Positions 29,892 through 39,583 of a stretch of 64,000 bases of DNA are shown one piece after another. Below the pieces are notes generated by a model. That model ran no database searches. It worked only from the letters and a program-made list of their open reading frames with translations, and was not told the DNA's origin. Numbering within the stretch: the first letter of the stretch is position 1; each line of letters opens with the position of its first letter. The DNA is taken from positions 32,622 to 96,621 of the IMG/VR virus record IMGVR_UViG_3300031999_000006, one strand, 5' to 3'. The DNA comes from a virus (taxonomy: Duplodnaviria; Caudoviricetes). The translations under genes were made by a program, and so were the position numbers.

Positions 29892-30844
29892 TTCGATCCC
29901 AATCTTCCAAGGAACTCTGACTTGACCGCCGCCTCACGGAAGGATCCTCCAAGATAGTTGGTAAGCATCTTCACATTTTCCTTCTCAACTCCCCGAATCA
30001 TCATGCACAAATGTACACCCTCCACCACTACTCCTACTCCAAGTGGAGAAACTATTTTCTCAAACTCACGACCAATCTGCATGGTCATCCGTTCTTGAAT
30101 CTGAAGGCGACGAGAAAAGCAGTCCACCAGACGAGCGATCTTTGATACTCCAACGATTCGCTTATCCGGAATATAAGCAAAGTGTACCACGCCATAGAAG
30201 GGAAGCATGTGATGCTCACACATTGAGTAAAAGTGAATATCCCTTAGCATGATCATCTCATCGTATGACTCAGTTGAGAAAGCAGTACCTAGAATGGCTT
30301 CAGGATCCTGCCGGTACCCACTGGTCAACTCATTCCACATCTTGTCAATCCGCCGAGGAGTGTCACGAAGACCTTCTCGCATCGGATCCTCTCCGATTGA
30401 TCGTAACAGAGTAATGGTTGCCTGCTTTCGTCCGCCGGCCTCATCAGAATCTGTCTCCCACGGAAACTGATACCAGACATCCTTGGCCTTGTCCTCAGGT
30501 GTCTTGACGAATAAGGCATACGCCTTGAGATTCAACTTCCTTTTGGCGGCCTCGTCTTGGATGAACTGCAACGTAGCCCCTGAGTCCCAGATATCATCAA
30601 TGACCAGGATCGCTTCGTCCTTGAACTCATCCATCCACTTGGTAGTGAAAGGATCAACGACCTTGAAGTCAAACCTCTTACCGGTAATTGATGATAGGAG
30701 CGACTGAACCCTAATAGCGGGATAGATGCCTCCACGAGACACCCCCACGATCACGTCCGGAGGATACGGAACTTGCGTGTGCACCAGATCCTTCACCATC
30801 TCCCACACTTGATCAAAAGTCAGAAGTATCTTCTCCATGATCAA
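29888..30844 (-). CDS. folE: Phosphoribosyltransferase-GTP cyclohydrolase I fusion
   Basis: PRTase: VGVSRGG, VIDDIWDSGAT, FPWE. FolE: REGLRDTPRR, SMCEHHMLPF, GVSKIAR, QIQER, HLCMMIRGV. Confidence 0.9.
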   Translation of the reverse strand: MIMEKILLTFDQVWEMVKDLVHTQVPYPPDVIVGVSRGGIYPAIRVQSLLSSITGKRFDFKVVDPFTTKWMDEFKDEAILVIDDIWDSGATLQFIQDEAAKRKLNLKAYALFVKTPEDKAKDVWYQFPWETDSDEAGGRKQATITLLRSIGEDPMREGLRDTPRRIDKMWNELTSGYRQDPEAILGTAFSTESYDEMIMLRDIHFYSMCEHHMLPFYGVVHFAYIPDKRIVGVSKIARLVDCFSRRLQIQERMTMQIGREFEKIVSPLGVGVVVEGVHLCMMIRGVEKENVKMLTNYLGGSFREAAVKSEFLGRLGSK

Positions 30845-32208
30845 TCCTCCATACCCGGCTCAACTATCAGACACTTTCCTTTGTTTACCTTTAGTGGAAT
30901 ACACCACTTGTCCGCCACCTCCCGACCGCCGGCCGAATAGATCCGGCAATCCTGATATCCATTGGTTGGCTCCGCCTTCGCCTCATCCTCTGACTGATTA
31001 AATGTCAGGATAATATCGGCATCCCGCATTGGTTCAATGGAGTCCCCAGAGTCCACCATTCCGATTACTTCCTTCTCTCCACCTCTGATTAATGTGCCAC
31101 GGTTGGCCTGGTGAACCAACCAGATCGCAACATCATACTCTTGTGCGACTGCCAATAGCTCCTTTGTAATCTGTCCCAGTTTTGCATACTTACCGCCGTC
31201 ACGATCAATAAGTTTTCCTGCGACTTCCATCAATCCCAGGTAGTCAAGCAATAGAACATCTATCCGAAGATTCTTCACGTTCCGAAGTTTTTGAAGATGG
31301 GCCTCGATGGTAGCGGCTGTGCACTTAAGAGGAGGAAAGTTCTTTATCACCAGTACTCCACACTGCATAGTTGCTAGCATTTCTCCGATCCTCGTTCGGA
31401 TCGCATCCTCGTTATCCTTTAGATTGTCTTTCACCACTCCTGAAAAGTGGGCGTCATATAAAACCATTGTTCGTCTAGCACTACTTTCCATTCCAATGTG
31501 CAAAACGTTTTTCCCCCTCAACAATGCCCCCCTAGCAAAATTCACCAGAGTAATTGTCTTACCCCGTTTCGTTGGGCCCATAATGATACCCAACTCCCCC
31601 TGCGCCAAACCACCACCTAAATGCCTATCAAGTGTTGGTATCCCTGTTGGAATAGCAACCTCACCTCGACACCAGCCGCTTTTTCTATCTGCCAATCGTT
31701 GCTCCAGTTCCTCAAAGTAGAATGACCCCATCTCATGCGTTGACTCTCCAACCGAAACGGCATCCTTGATCTCCTTAAGGATGCCCGGGTAGTCCCTTTT
31801 CTTTTGCAGTAAATTAATACTTTTCAGAATTGCTATCTTGACCAGTTGGTATTGTGCCCATGCTACCACTTGGTCACGAATGTAATGATAGTCCGTAACC
31901 TGGGCGCCCTCGAGCATAAGTTTGCTATACTGTTCCGTGTACACCTCACGAGGAAGAGGGCGCTTGGACATATCTAGATGAACATCCAGCTCCTGAGTTA
32001 ACTCCTCAAACTCAATACACCGGCCATACTTATCATGGAACTTTAGCATGATCCGAACCAGATCAGACAGAACAGGATTCTCAAAGTACTCTGGCTTCAC
32101 TATTTCTTTTACCATGAGAAATGACTCATGATCAAAAAACATCATGGCAACAATACGATGCTGTATTTCTTCCGTAAAGTCTTTTGTATATGTTTCTGGA
32201 TTAGACAT
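30841..32208 (-). CDS. Replicative helicase (DnaB/T4 gp41-like)
   Basis: PTGIPTLD, GPTKRGKT, LDYLGLM, HQANR, DAD. Confidence 0.88.
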   Translation of the reverse strand: MSNPETYTKDFTEEIQHRIVAMMFFDHESFLMVKEIVKPEYFENPVLSDLVRIMLKFHDKYGRCIEFEELTQELDVHLDMSKRPLPREVYTEQYSKLMLEGAQVTDYHYIRDQVVAWAQYQLVKIAILKSINLLQKKRDYPGILKEIKDAVSVGESTHEMGSFYFEELEQRLADRKSGWCRGEVAIPTGIPTLDRHLGGGLAQGELGIIMGPTKRGKTITLVNFARGALLRGKNVLHIGMESSARRTMVLYDAHFSGVVKDNLKDNEDAIRTRIGEMLATMQCGVLVIKNFPPLKCTAATIEAHLQKLRNVKNLRIDVLLLDYLGLMEVAGKLIDRDGGKYAKLGQITKELLAVAQEYDVAIWLVHQANRGTLIRGGEKEVIGMVDSGDSIEPMRDADIILTFNQSEDEAKAEPTNGYQDCRIYSAGGREVADKWCIPLKVNKGKCLIVEPGMED

Positions 32209-32950
32209 ACTTTCCTACCTCACTACTTTCAACTGCCTTGGACAACTCATCCCGAACTCTCTGTAGTTCGTATGACTCTTCTTTTGTCAAGGTTTCCCAT
32301 GTCTCCGAAATATACTTGGTTAAGAAAATTGACCACCCCTCAACCTGTCTAAGTAAAGGAGAGGTGGCCACGTAAAAGCGAGTCACCATTCCTGATCTGG
32401 CCATTACCTCCAGAACCTCCAGTACCTCCTTCGGTTCCGGCAGTCGACCCAGTCGTTCCTGTTTCTTGGTCAGGACAGAAAGGAACGCATACCCCGAGTT
32501 GAGTATCGAGATCGTCAGATCCTTTTTGGGCAGACTGTAGAAAGCGCGCTCACGATCTGACTCGAGTTTGTATTGTGCCTTGATCCTTTCCTTATATCTC
32601 AGGAAGCGATCAATGGCTTTGTCTGTGAGCATCATGTCAAAGGTGACAGGAATCTTTTGTGCGGAGAAATAAGGTACGAGTATTTCGAACTGAGCCTTCA
32701 AGAATATCTCGATCTCAGTCTCTAACGCGACTACCAGCAGAATCAAACGCCGGATTTTCTCCTCAGCCTTAGCCCGGGCCGTGGGCGAGTTAATCATAGC
32801 ACCTTTGTAAAACCAACTCGGTCGCTTCTGGTAGTAGTGACAGTAAGCGGCGAACGTGTTGGCGATGTGACGGAATGTCTCGTGAGTCAAAAGCATCTCG
32901 ACTGCGTCAGCACCTGTTAACTCAACTGAGGCAAACTTCTTCTTATTCAC
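32201..32950 (-). CDS. Hypothetical protein, possible helicase loader/initiator
   Basis: Coupled directly upstream of the helicase; the function is a positional guess. Confidence 0.45.
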   Translation of the reverse strand: MNKKKFASVELTGADAVEMLLTHETFRHIANTFAAYCHYYQKRPSWFYKGAMINSPTARAKAEEKIRRLILLVVALETEIEIFLKAQFEILVPYFSAQKIPVTFDMMLTDKAIDRFLRYKERIKAQYKLESDRERAFYSLPKKDLTISILNSGYAFLSVLTKKQERLGRLPEPKEVLEVLEVMARSGMVTRFYVATSPLLRQVEGWSIFLTKYISETWETLTKEESYELQRVRDELSKAVESSEVGKYV

Positions 32951-32965
32951 TGATCAATCCTGTCT

Positions 32966-33101
32966 CGCGGCTCTGCCGCGTGCGGACGCCTCGTCCGCTT
33001 CTATCACATAGTGCTAAAGCACTATGTTCTAGTGTAAAAATTACTAAAGATAATACTGATAAACAATTGGAGCCTATTGGTCGTATATAGGCCTTATTAT
33101 A
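32966..33101. promoter_or_regulatory. Intergenic cluster of inverted repeats
   Basis: cgcggc/gccgcg (32966-80), gcggacg/cgtccgc (32982-98), acatagtgct-aa-agcactatgt (33006-27), gcctat/ataggc (33072-92), minus-strand TATAAT at 33096-33101. Confidence 0.5.
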
Positions 33102-33125
33102 ATTAAGCACGACTAATCTTCACAG

Positions 33126-33341
33126 TCACAATGGAAACAATCTGGCAAACGCCCTCTTGGCATCAGGTGAGATGAGGTCAAGACAGTCAAGAACTTTTAC
33201 ACGATCGTTAGCATTGAAGTAGTAACACTCATGAAGAAAAGCAACGAGGTTGTCCTTTATAACCTTCGTTGGTAAAGGTTCATCTTTTGCAATCCCCAAG
33301 CGGGTTTCCACCAGTTGACTTGGTGTTGTTACCTTACTCAT
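33126..33341 (-). CDS. Hypothetical protein
   Basis: ORF with AAGGAG SD. Confidence 0.5.
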   Translation of the reverse strand: MSKVTTPSQLVETRLGIAKDEPLPTKVIKDNLVAFLHECYYFNANDRVKVLDCLDLISPDAKRAFARLFPL

Positions 33342-33367
33342 CAGTTTTCTCCTTGTTCAAGATTTTA

Positions 33368-33787
33368 CTACAGCCCGCAGTAACGAGCCGAGGCGTGATC
33401 AGATTCCCACACAGTGACTGACGACAGAATAAAAGTGAAAAGCGAGCAGTCCAACTTTTCCCTGATCTTGTCAAAGATTACCTTAGCCAGATTTTCGCAG
33501 GTAGGTTCGCCATCAATGAGGAACAACTTGTGGTCCTCAAGGGCCATCCACAACTCACGATCTCTTGAGTTTAGGATAGTAGCATGATCAAAGAAATGCA
33601 TGACCAAGTTGATCGCCGAGAGTTTCAGAATGGCAAAATCCACAACCATTCCTGTCTTAGGATCTGGGTTACCAGCTACTCCGATTGAGACCCTCCAAGT
33701 ATGCCCATGAAGATTCCTGCACTTGCCTTCATGGTGCATCAATCGGTGGGCCGCATCGAACTTTGCTTCGTAGAAGAGTTCAAGCAT
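33368..33787 (-). CDS. queD: 6-carboxytetrahydropterin synthase
   Basis: FDAAHRL..HEGKCRNLHGHTW, GMVVDF, FDH, PTCENLA, VWES. Confidence 0.93.
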   Translation of the reverse strand: MLELFYEAKFDAAHRLMHHEGKCRNLHGHTWRVSIGVAGNPDPKTGMVVDFAILKLSAINLVMHFFDHATILNSRDRELWMALEDHKLFLIDGEPTCENLAKVIFDKIREKLDCSLFTFILSSVTVWESDHASARYCGL

Positions 33788-34143
33788 TATACTGCCCCCG
33801 CCTTAGCGGTTTCATCATGGTTGATCATTTTCTGAACGCTCTTGTTTTTAAACTCCCCAGGAAGAAGTCGGACAAGGACATAACTAACCAACCATGAGGG
33901 CAACTTTAGTTTTCGAGCAGTGGCAATCTGGGACTGAGTTTCCGCATAGCTAGCACCAATGCTAATAGCATGCTCGTTGAAAAACTCTAGTCGGTTGATC
34001 CTCTTTTTTACTGGTACTGGGGAAACTGGGTTTGCTTTCTTGAACCTTGCAACGGACTCGGCTTCCTTCGCTTCCCTTTTCAGGAGCGATTTGGACTTGC
34101 CGACCTTCTCGGCGGTCGCCTTGATACTGTTTTTCTTAGCCAT
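33787..34143 (-). CDS. Basic hypothetical protein
   Basis: Lys-rich ORF with GGAGGAG SD. Confidence 0.5.
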   Translation of the reverse strand: MAKKNSIKATAEKVGKSKSLLKREAKEAESVARFKKANPVSPVPVKKRINRLEFFNEHAISIGASYAETQSQIATARKLKLPSWLVSYVLVRLLPGEFKNKSVQKMINHDETAKAGAV

Positions 34144-34156
34144 GATTTACTCCTCC

Positions 34157-34726
34157 TCATCTGTGAACGAGATTAAAATTATCAGGTCGTTGACTCATTA
34201 TATCAGCAACCTCAACAAATGACAAGGGAAAAAAATTATTCGCATCAACTCCGATGTCGAACGATTTGCCTTGGCCGGCAAGACGCCCGTGACTATGGCC
34301 ATACAAGTGCCATGAGTTATAATGACTCGCCGACCAAACTCGCATGCTGTAATGGCACATAATGATTCTTACTTTTTCATTCTGACCTCCTATCGGAAAA
34401 CTTTTCTCCAGGATGGGCGGATGTATGATCAACCGTTCCTGCCAATCCCGGTTTGACTGTCCTGGGTTTCGTTTCAAGAACTGAAGCAGTCGCTCATCAT
34501 GCCCGCCTGGGATTAGATGGATCTCACCAACTAGTTGAGGAATGATCACACCAAACCCCTCCCACACGAAGTCGCCGATAACATAGATCACATCGCCTGG
34601 TCGAACTCTGGAATTCCAGTTCATGATCATAGTCGAGTTCATCTCCTCAACATTTTGGAAGGGACGAGAACAGTGTCGGATAATGTTCCCGTGGTTGAAG
34701 TGTGGGTCGGCGGTAAAGAAGTTCAT
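34157..34726 (-). CDS. Calcineurin-like metallophosphoesterase
   Basis: ADPHFNH, IGDF, GGHD, CHY, GHSH, DIGVD. Confidence 0.88.
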   Translation of the reverse strand: MNFFTADPHFNHGNIIRHCSRPFQNVEEMNSTMIMNWNSRVRPGDVIYVIGDFVWEGFGVIIPQLVGEIHLIPGGHDERLLQFLKRNPGQSNRDWQERLIIHPPILEKSFPIGGQNEKVRIIMCHYSMRVWSASHYNSWHLYGHSHGRLAGQGKSFDIGVDANNFFPLSFVEVADIMSQRPDNFNLVHR

Positions 34727-35616
34727 TGCTTGTTGGCCGCCTCGCGAGCAATCATCTCCTTAAATCTAAGATAGTCCTGGTACTCAGGTTCGTTCTTGTA
34801 GGTTGGGCCATCACCAGACGAGCTTTTTTTGTGGGTTGGTAAAAGCATGTCCTCATACTTTTTAAGTATGGAACGATTTTCAAGAATACCGATCGCATAA
34901 AGAAGGCCCACCGAGGCCGTGACTTCCATGTCATAGTATATAGTCACTCCGTTCTTGGTATAATAGCGACGCCCACTCTTTGCTCGATCAACCGTTCCTG
35001 ATGTGACCCCGGCTAAGAAAGCAACCTTTTTAGTTTCGTTGCCTATATCTGCCTTTTTTCTCTTTCGACCGAACAGTATCTGAAACATTTTTGCCGAGGC
35101 ACTTCCTTCACGGAAGGGCATAAGGTACTTTGCCACTTCCTCCCTTGCTCGATCACTAAGAACCTTTCGTAAAGCTGGACGTAGCTGGAATCGGTGAACC
35201 AGCTTTTGATCAACCGGCGTTAGATTGTCCATTTTTTGGACCTCCTCTTTTAATTGATCAATCGGGCACTCATTCATGCCCGGTCTCTCTTTTGGACTAT
35301 AATACTTTCCGTTAATACTAATACCGCATCCCCACTGATCACAAAAGATATGATCAAAGTCCTTTTGTGAGATCAGTTCCGCACCTCCCTGAATGGCATC
35401 ATAGAGGGTTTGTTTCCACACTCGAAGTGTGGGGGTACCCGAATAACGATCGGACCCACCCGCAAACGAGATGGGGATACCTACTTCGCGTGCGAAACGT
35501 TCAAGTAGGTTGGTGGTGGAGGCAACAAGTATTCGAGCTTTTGTTCCGGGGGCTTCTACCAACCAGACGCGGTCAAGGACCTTTCCTATCAATTTCTTTG
35601 CTGATTCATAACTCAT
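34723..35616 (-). CDS. Hypothetical protein
   Basis: 297-aa ORF coupled to both neighbours. Confidence 0.6.
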   Translation of the reverse strand: MSYESAKKLIGKVLDRVWLVEAPGTKARILVASTTNLLERFAREVGIPISFAGGSDRYSGTPTLRVWKQTLYDAIQGGAELISQKDFDHIFCDQWGCGISINGKYYSPKERPGMNECPIDQLKEEVQKMDNLTPVDQKLVHRFQLRPALRKVLSDRAREEVAKYLMPFREGSASAKMFQILFGRKRKKADIGNETKKVAFLAGVTSGTVDRAKSGRRYYTKNGVTIYYDMEVTASVGLLYAIGILENRSILKKYEDMLLPTHKKSSSGDGPTYKNEPEYQDYLRFKEMIAREAANKQ

Positions 35617-37022
35617 GGTGTCTCCTTTATGAACCCCTCTGACTCATAGACTGAGCGGCGTTCCTTCGAATGCTTATTCAAGTACTCCGAACTGTCGTTA
35701 AAGTCAAAGACTTGAAGAGTTGAACCGTCCTTCTTCTTTCTCAAACCACGTCCTACCCTTTGTATTGTTTTGACTTCACTTAATCCACCAGAGGCTATGA
35801 TCAAGACATTCACTTCGGGGAGATCAATCCCTTCATCATAAATTGTACTGGCAATTAAAATGAAGTTTCCATTCTCATTAAACTCTTCTTTTCGCTCCTT
35901 ACGATCGTCACGTCCACTTTGTCCACTCAAGAATACGGTAGGAATACTCCTCTGCTCGTTAAGCAGACGAGTTAGGGTCTTTCCATGATCAATATACCTA
36001 ATCAGTAGTAGAACTCGTTTATTCTCTCGGAAAGCCTTTTCGGCAATATCTACGACCATCTTGTTCCGAGACTCTGACTTCACAATCCCATTCTGGTATA
36101 TCTCTTGCCAGTTACTACCTTCAACCACTTCAGGATTATCAATCATAGTGATCTGAATCTTGCTTAGATATCCATCGTCAACTAGGTCCATTGTCCGTTT
36201 AGTATAGATCGGTTCACCGAAAAGAGCTAACATCTTCATGTTTGAAAGTTCGTCTCGGCGAAGGACAGTTCCGGACAATCCGAATCGGAACCTTGCCGAC
36301 AAGGTTTTCTGACCGATGCTGTACCACGTACTCGCGCTGGCGTGGTGCACTTCGTCCTGGAAGACTACTTCGGCCCGCTCCAGTAATTGTTTTATCTCAG
36401 TTCGCTTGTCTTGTTCCTTCGACTTGAGGCGGGCATGGCAAGATTGAATGGTCGCAACAACGCATCGTTTTTCTATATCGTATTCACCATCCCCGATCTT
36501 GCCGATAGGAATATCAAGACGGTTGGTGAATCGTTCGGCGGTCTGATGTAAGAGGTCCTGCGTGTGTACCAAAAAGAGTGTGGGCCGATTAAGGAGTTTA
36601 ATGATACCTGCGGCTACTTCGGTCTTGCCTGACCCGGTGGGCAGTTCAAGAACGCCCCGCCTTTTTCGGATTGCTTCCTCAATCGCGGTAATCTGATACT
36701 CCCGGAGGGTAATACCATTCAGTAGATCGGGGGAAACTGGAGCTAACATGCCATCGGAATACTTGATCGGCATGCGAGGATCAATGAGTTCATAGTCCAG
36801 ACCCTTCTCTTTGAGGAACTCCTCCACGATGAAAAGAAGCCCAGTGGGAAAGTGGACTGTCGGAGTTAGTTTGAGGAAGTGTGTCTTACCATCCCAAATA
36901 TGCATCTTGAACTGTGGGCTGAACCAGTAGTTAGGATGAGCGACGGCCAGCCGCTGTTCCAGTTCGGTGGGATAGTCATTGAGTTCGGAGAACACATTTC
37001 CTAGAGTGATCTTATAAGTCAC
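35613..37022 (-). CDS. UvsW-like SF2 helicase
   Basis: LREYQ, PTGSGKT, DEVH, GLSGT, EGIDLP, QRVGRGLR. Confidence 0.9.
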   Translation of the reverse strand: MTYKITLGNVFSELNDYPTELEQRLAVAHPNYWFSPQFKMHIWDGKTHFLKLTPTVHFPTGLLFIVEEFLKEKGLDYELIDPRMPIKYSDGMLAPVSPDLLNGITLREYQITAIEEAIRKRRGVLELPTGSGKTEVAAGIIKLLNRPTLFLVHTQDLLHQTAERFTNRLDIPIGKIGDGEYDIEKRCVVATIQSCHARLKSKEQDKRTEIKQLLERAEVVFQDEVHHASASTWYSIGQKTLSARFRFGLSGTVLRRDELSNMKMLALFGEPIYTKRTMDLVDDGYLSKIQITMIDNPEVVEGSNWQEIYQNGIVKSESRNKMVVDIAEKAFRENKRVLLLIRYIDHGKTLTRLLNEQRSIPTVFLSGQSGRDDRKERKEEFNENGNFILIASTIYDEGIDLPEVNVLIIASGGLSEVKTIQRVGRGLRKKKDGSTLQVFDFNDSSEYLNKHSKERRSVYESEGFIKETP

Positions 37023-37041
37023 ACCGTACTCCAGAGAAAAG

Positions 37042-37146
37042 AGGAGAGGAGGTACAAGTCACCGAAAGTGAGGAGGCAACGATAAGTTGAGTCAATCGCG
37101 AATTAGCGACGATTCGAAAATCGGCGAGCATTGTACCTCCTCTCCT
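37042..37146 (-). ncRNA. Candidate structured leader RNA (16-bp closing stem with four internal hairpins)
   Basis: Perfect inverted repeat aggagaggaggtacaa (37042-57) / ttgtacctcctctcct (37131-46) enclosing four short hairpins; just downstream of a promoter. Confidence 0.5.
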
Positions 37147-37158
37147 TAATGAGTTTTA

Positions 37159-37187
37159 ATTATAAAGGAATCCAAAACAAAAATCAA
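37159..37187 (-). promoter_or_regulatory. sigma70-like promoter TTGATT-17-TATAAT for the replication operon
   Basis: -35 at 37182-87, -10 at 37159-64. Confidence 0.6.
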
Positions 37188-37405
37188 GCATTTTTTTTCG
37201 GCCGCTGAAAGGCATGGCAGACGAATACTATCAAGCCGGATGCCCCGTGAACTTTGCAGGAACTTGCACAAGCCTTGCACAAAGGCAGGAGTGGTTGAGT
37301 CTGGTTTCGATTCTTAACATCCTCAAGCAACTCATAGCGGTAACCGTGCAGTATTCCAGCCACCCCGACTAATTGATCAACTGGAATCTTTGGAAGCACG
37401 GTCAC
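37184..37405 (-). CDS. Small Cys-containing hypothetical protein
   Basis: CKACASSC...VC; GTG start coupled to the upstream stop. Confidence 0.45.
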   Translation of the reverse strand: MTVLPKIPVDQLVGVAGILHGYRYELLEDVKNRNQTQPLLPLCKACASSCKVHGASGLIVFVCHAFQRPKKNA

Positions 37406-37794
37406 TCCTCATACTTGAAGGTCGCGAAGGTACCACCGGTGGCTTTGAATTGGCGGATCTGACTATCCACCTCCCACCCCTTGACTGTCATGGCATAAAC
37501 GGGATTGAGTCCCGTACCATGTAGCTTGATCAAGCCAGCCTTCTCGAGATCGTCCAAGCAATCCCAATCGTCATGCCCCTTAGCGGCGATCTTTCCTTCA
37601 GCAAGACGGGTGGGATAGGGAAATACGTCAAGGAAATTCTGAGTTCCCCGGTGACTGTGTTGAGGATGGGTCTTGATATTGACCCGAAGATGCTCCTTGT
37701 TCAAGGTGCCTTCATTGTCCACGCACCGGCAACCGAGATAGGCCAGGAGTGACCAGTGATCCTTGCCGAACTTGCTGATCGGTATGGTTTTCAT
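37402..37794 (-). CDS. Phage hypothetical protein
   Basis: FGKDHWSLLAY...YPTRL...GHDDWDCLDDL. Confidence 0.6.
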   Translation of the reverse strand: MKTIPISKFGKDHWSLLAYLGCRCVDNEGTLNKEHLRVNIKTHPQHSHRGTQNFLDVFPYPTRLAEGKIAAKGHDDWDCLDDLEKAGLIKLHGTGLNPVYAMTVKGWEVDSQIRQFKATGGTFATFKYEE

Positions 37795-39077
37795 CTGAGC
37801 CCAGCTCCTTCCTTCCTTGCTCTGGTTCGGGACCAGATGTTCTTGGGGTGGAACATGAAGCGCGCATCCATGACCGGATCATACTTCTCAAGGATCTTGT
37901 GGATGGTGTCGCAGTCCGGCTTGAAGCCATCCGCACCCTTCCTGATCAAGCAGTGAAGGTAGGAAGGGGTCAGGTTGACTTTGACCACTACCTTCTTGAT
38001 GTTGTCTGCCTTGAACTTGAGACCCTCCCGATAGATCCGATACATGGTCAGATCCCAGGCGGCCCGAGCAAACTTCTTCTTCCAGGTTCTCATGCTTCCT
38101 CCTCGTCTTCCTTTTTATCGATCAGCATCCGCAACTCTCTAAGATTCTTTTGCCACTTGTCCATGATCTCAGGAGTCGCATCCTTACTGGTGACTATATT
38201 CTTAGTGGATAGAACATAGGCATCCAGCAGTCGGGTAGCTCGGTCAGAGGAATGGAATCTGAGGAACTCTTCCATATCCTCATAGGTGAATGCCCAACTG
38301 ATCAGTGGGCGGTTTGGCCCATTGATCAATACTGGATTTAGTGGGGTGACATTCCCTATCTTAACTTGATTAGCGGCACTGGTTCGTGAAGTAGCTTCCG
38401 TAAATCCCACTAGTTCCCCCACCAGATGGAACACGAAGAAAAGATGCTTATCGTTTTTCATTCGGGCACCTCTTCCAACTCGATGCCTAGAACGACTTCG
38501 CCTAGGGACGGCTGACCGGGCATGCTGATGTGCCCGTAGTAGGCCTGGGTCCCAAGTGCGGCCGGTCCTTGCTCACGCCCCAGCCGAAAGGCCGCAAGAC
38601 AGCAGGCCGGATTCCCGACCATGTCCAGCCATGACTTACCGAAGACGGCCTTGTCGGTGTCCTCGATAATGATCATGGGGTTGGGCGTCCCATACTTCTC
38701 CTTGAAGTACTCCGACTCGCCCTTGATCCGATACTTCTTCCGGGGAACGATGCTCATAGTGCCTCCTTTTGATGACGAAGCATCTTCTCGGCTTGTCTGT
38801 AGGTCTCTCCAGTATAGTTCATCCTCTTGATCACTTGGTCGTGAAGTTCAAGACGCTTCTGGAGCTTTGGTACGAGTATCTCGGGGGACGTGGCTATATC
38901 CTTCTTGGATAGGAACTCTAATCCCTGCGGATTGTTATCTCCCCAAAGGAACACAACACCCCTTGCTCGATCCTTGGAAATGAGAACTGCGTGATGTAGG
39001 GGCTTACCAGATTCTGTCACTTCCAAGGGTACCGGATAGATTTTCTCCAACCGATTCCTTAGTGCTTTCCAGACCAT
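37791..39077 (-). CDS. Four coupled hypothetical genes (37791-38093, 38090-38461, 38458-38757, 38754-39077)
   Basis: ATGA-type overlaps and SD motifs. Confidence 0.6.
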
Positions 39078-39079
39078 TG

Positions 39080-39583
39080 TTACCTCCTCTTAGATTGCAA
39101 CTCTTCTAATGCTATTCCCAAATTGATCACTGCGTCTTGCCAGTCGGGCCGACGGCCTTGATCAAACTTGGCCATGACACACTTGGCAGTTCGGATCGCT
39201 CGTTTCTCATGAGGTCGGTTCCTCCAGTTACGTTGATAGTCACCGAACCGCTTGTGCTCCTTGAAGTCTCTGATGTGTTTGAACTCATGAGACGAGGTAG
39301 AAAAGAAACTGCGTGCTGTAAACAATGGATCCCAGTCATAGGGAAGATAGAGTGTCACGAACCCTTGACATGATAGGTACTTATGGGGTTTTGTTTCGTC
39401 CCACTTTTTGCCCATCACATTCTCACGAACCATTGAGTAATCATTGGCAAGGCCGTGAACGTGTGCTCCCCACTTGATTAGGATGGCCACTTTGGTAGGC
39501 ACTGATCCCACGGCCGTCTTAGCGGCTCGGAGGACAGGCAATAGGATCTTGGTGGGAATCCTGGTCGCGTTATGGACGATCAC
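39080..39583 (-). CDS. Zincin-like (HExxH) protein
   Basis: SHEFKHIRD...PHEKRA. Confidence 0.5.
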   Translation of the reverse strand: MIVHNATRIPTKILLPVLRAAKTAVGSVPTKVAILIKWGAHVHGLANDYSMVRENVMGKKWDETKPHKYLSCQGFVTLYLPYDWDPLFTARSFFSTSSHEFKHIRDFKEHKRFGDYQRNWRNRPHEKRAIRTAKCVMAKFDQGRRPDWQDAVINLGIALEELQSKRR

